DNA from: Octopus bimaculoides
Taxonomy: Eukaryota
Assembly (NCBI RefSeq): GCF_001194135.2
Contig: NC_068981.1
Coordinates: 150,723,810-150,787,809 of the forward strand
Direction: 5' to 3'
Length of the DNA: 64,000 bases
Under the pieces are notes generated by a model, which ran no database searches, was not told where the DNA came from, and saw nothing but the letters and a program-made list of their open reading frames with translations. Below are positions 63,421 through 64,000 of the stretch, in pieces; the first letter of the stretch is position 1, and each line of letters opens with the position of its first letter. The position numbers were made by a program, and so were the translations under genes.

Positions 63421-64000
63421 ATTTTTTCTTACATTATCTACATTAGACGGACATTTGTCCTCATCTTGTTTGTTGTTAACACATTTCGGCTGATATACCC
63501 TCCAGCCTTCCTCAGGTGTTTTGGGGAAATTGTGAACCTGGGTTCTCATTCCTAAGGTTCTCATCCATACAGTTCACAATGGAAAAGGTAAAAGACAATC
63601 AGCTGGCATTCCTGGACGTATTAATAACACACACCAAGTATGGATTCAGGACATCCGTATCCCGCAAGCCCACCTTTACTGGACGATACCTCAACTTCAA
63701 TTCCCACCATCCATACAGTGTAAAGAGAGGGATTGCTCAGTGCTTAAAACATCGAGCAAAGAATATAAGTAGCGATTGTGATACCCACCACGAAGAAATG
63801 ATCAAGCTCAATAACGATCTGTTAAGCAACAACTACCCCAAAAGTATACTATCCACTCCAATTATGAAGAAGAGAGAGGATGAGGCCAATAAACTGTCCA
63901 CAGTCTGTCTACCCTATGTGAAAGGCCTCTCCGAAAAGATACAAAAGATATGCGGCCCATATGACATCAGGACAGTATTCAAGAGTAATACAACACTTTG
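63421..64000 (+). mobile_element. Young 5'-truncated Penelope/Poseidon-type element: inverted pLTR (63421-63556) plus open frame 63564-64000 (RT thumb and linker)
   Basis: SIQFTMEKVKDNQLAFLDVLI..RKPTFTGRYLNFNSHHP..NNYP..LPYVKGLSEKI..TVFKS: 145 codons with no stop, running off the window. Confidence 0.92.
63478..63520 (-). ncRNA. Hammerhead ribozyme remnant in the inverted pLTR (stem III missing)
   Basis: AACAC CUGAGGA A GGCUG-loop-CAGCC GAAA U GUGUU. Confidence 0.7.

Overview
AT-rich, microsatellite-dense eukaryotic DNA with many N gaps. The repeat content is most consistent with a coleoid cephalopod, probably Octopus (inference). I cannot support any host protein-coding gene; the long ORFs in the track are microsatellite or N-gap artefacts, or transposon remnants. 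The window is a layered transposon landscape: several modular tRNA-derived SINE families; at least six RTE-clade LINE fragments from two lineages; Penelope-like elements (a decayed Naiad-type ORF at 5.3-6.0 kb, and a young copy with an open frame and inverted pLTR at 63.4-64 kb); an internally deleted DD37D/maT-like transposon; mariner and piggyBac-type MITEs; a complete non-autonomous Helitron; a Helentron-type HINE; and an LTR with polypurine tract. The most interesting signals are three. (1) A single-copy 47-bp gap-free hairpin at 43844-43953 whose G-U wobbles favour the minus strand, lying just downstream of a non-coding minus-strand exon candidate (candidate intronic pre-miRNA or ADAR substrate). 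(2) Three palindromic elements that each carry a hammerhead-ribozyme fold on both strands, whose six cores all trace to a non-canonical CCGACGA. (3) An apparently intact minimal hammerhead with a CCGAUGA core at 28753-28801. Repeat boundaries are read by eye and are approximate unless termini are quoted.
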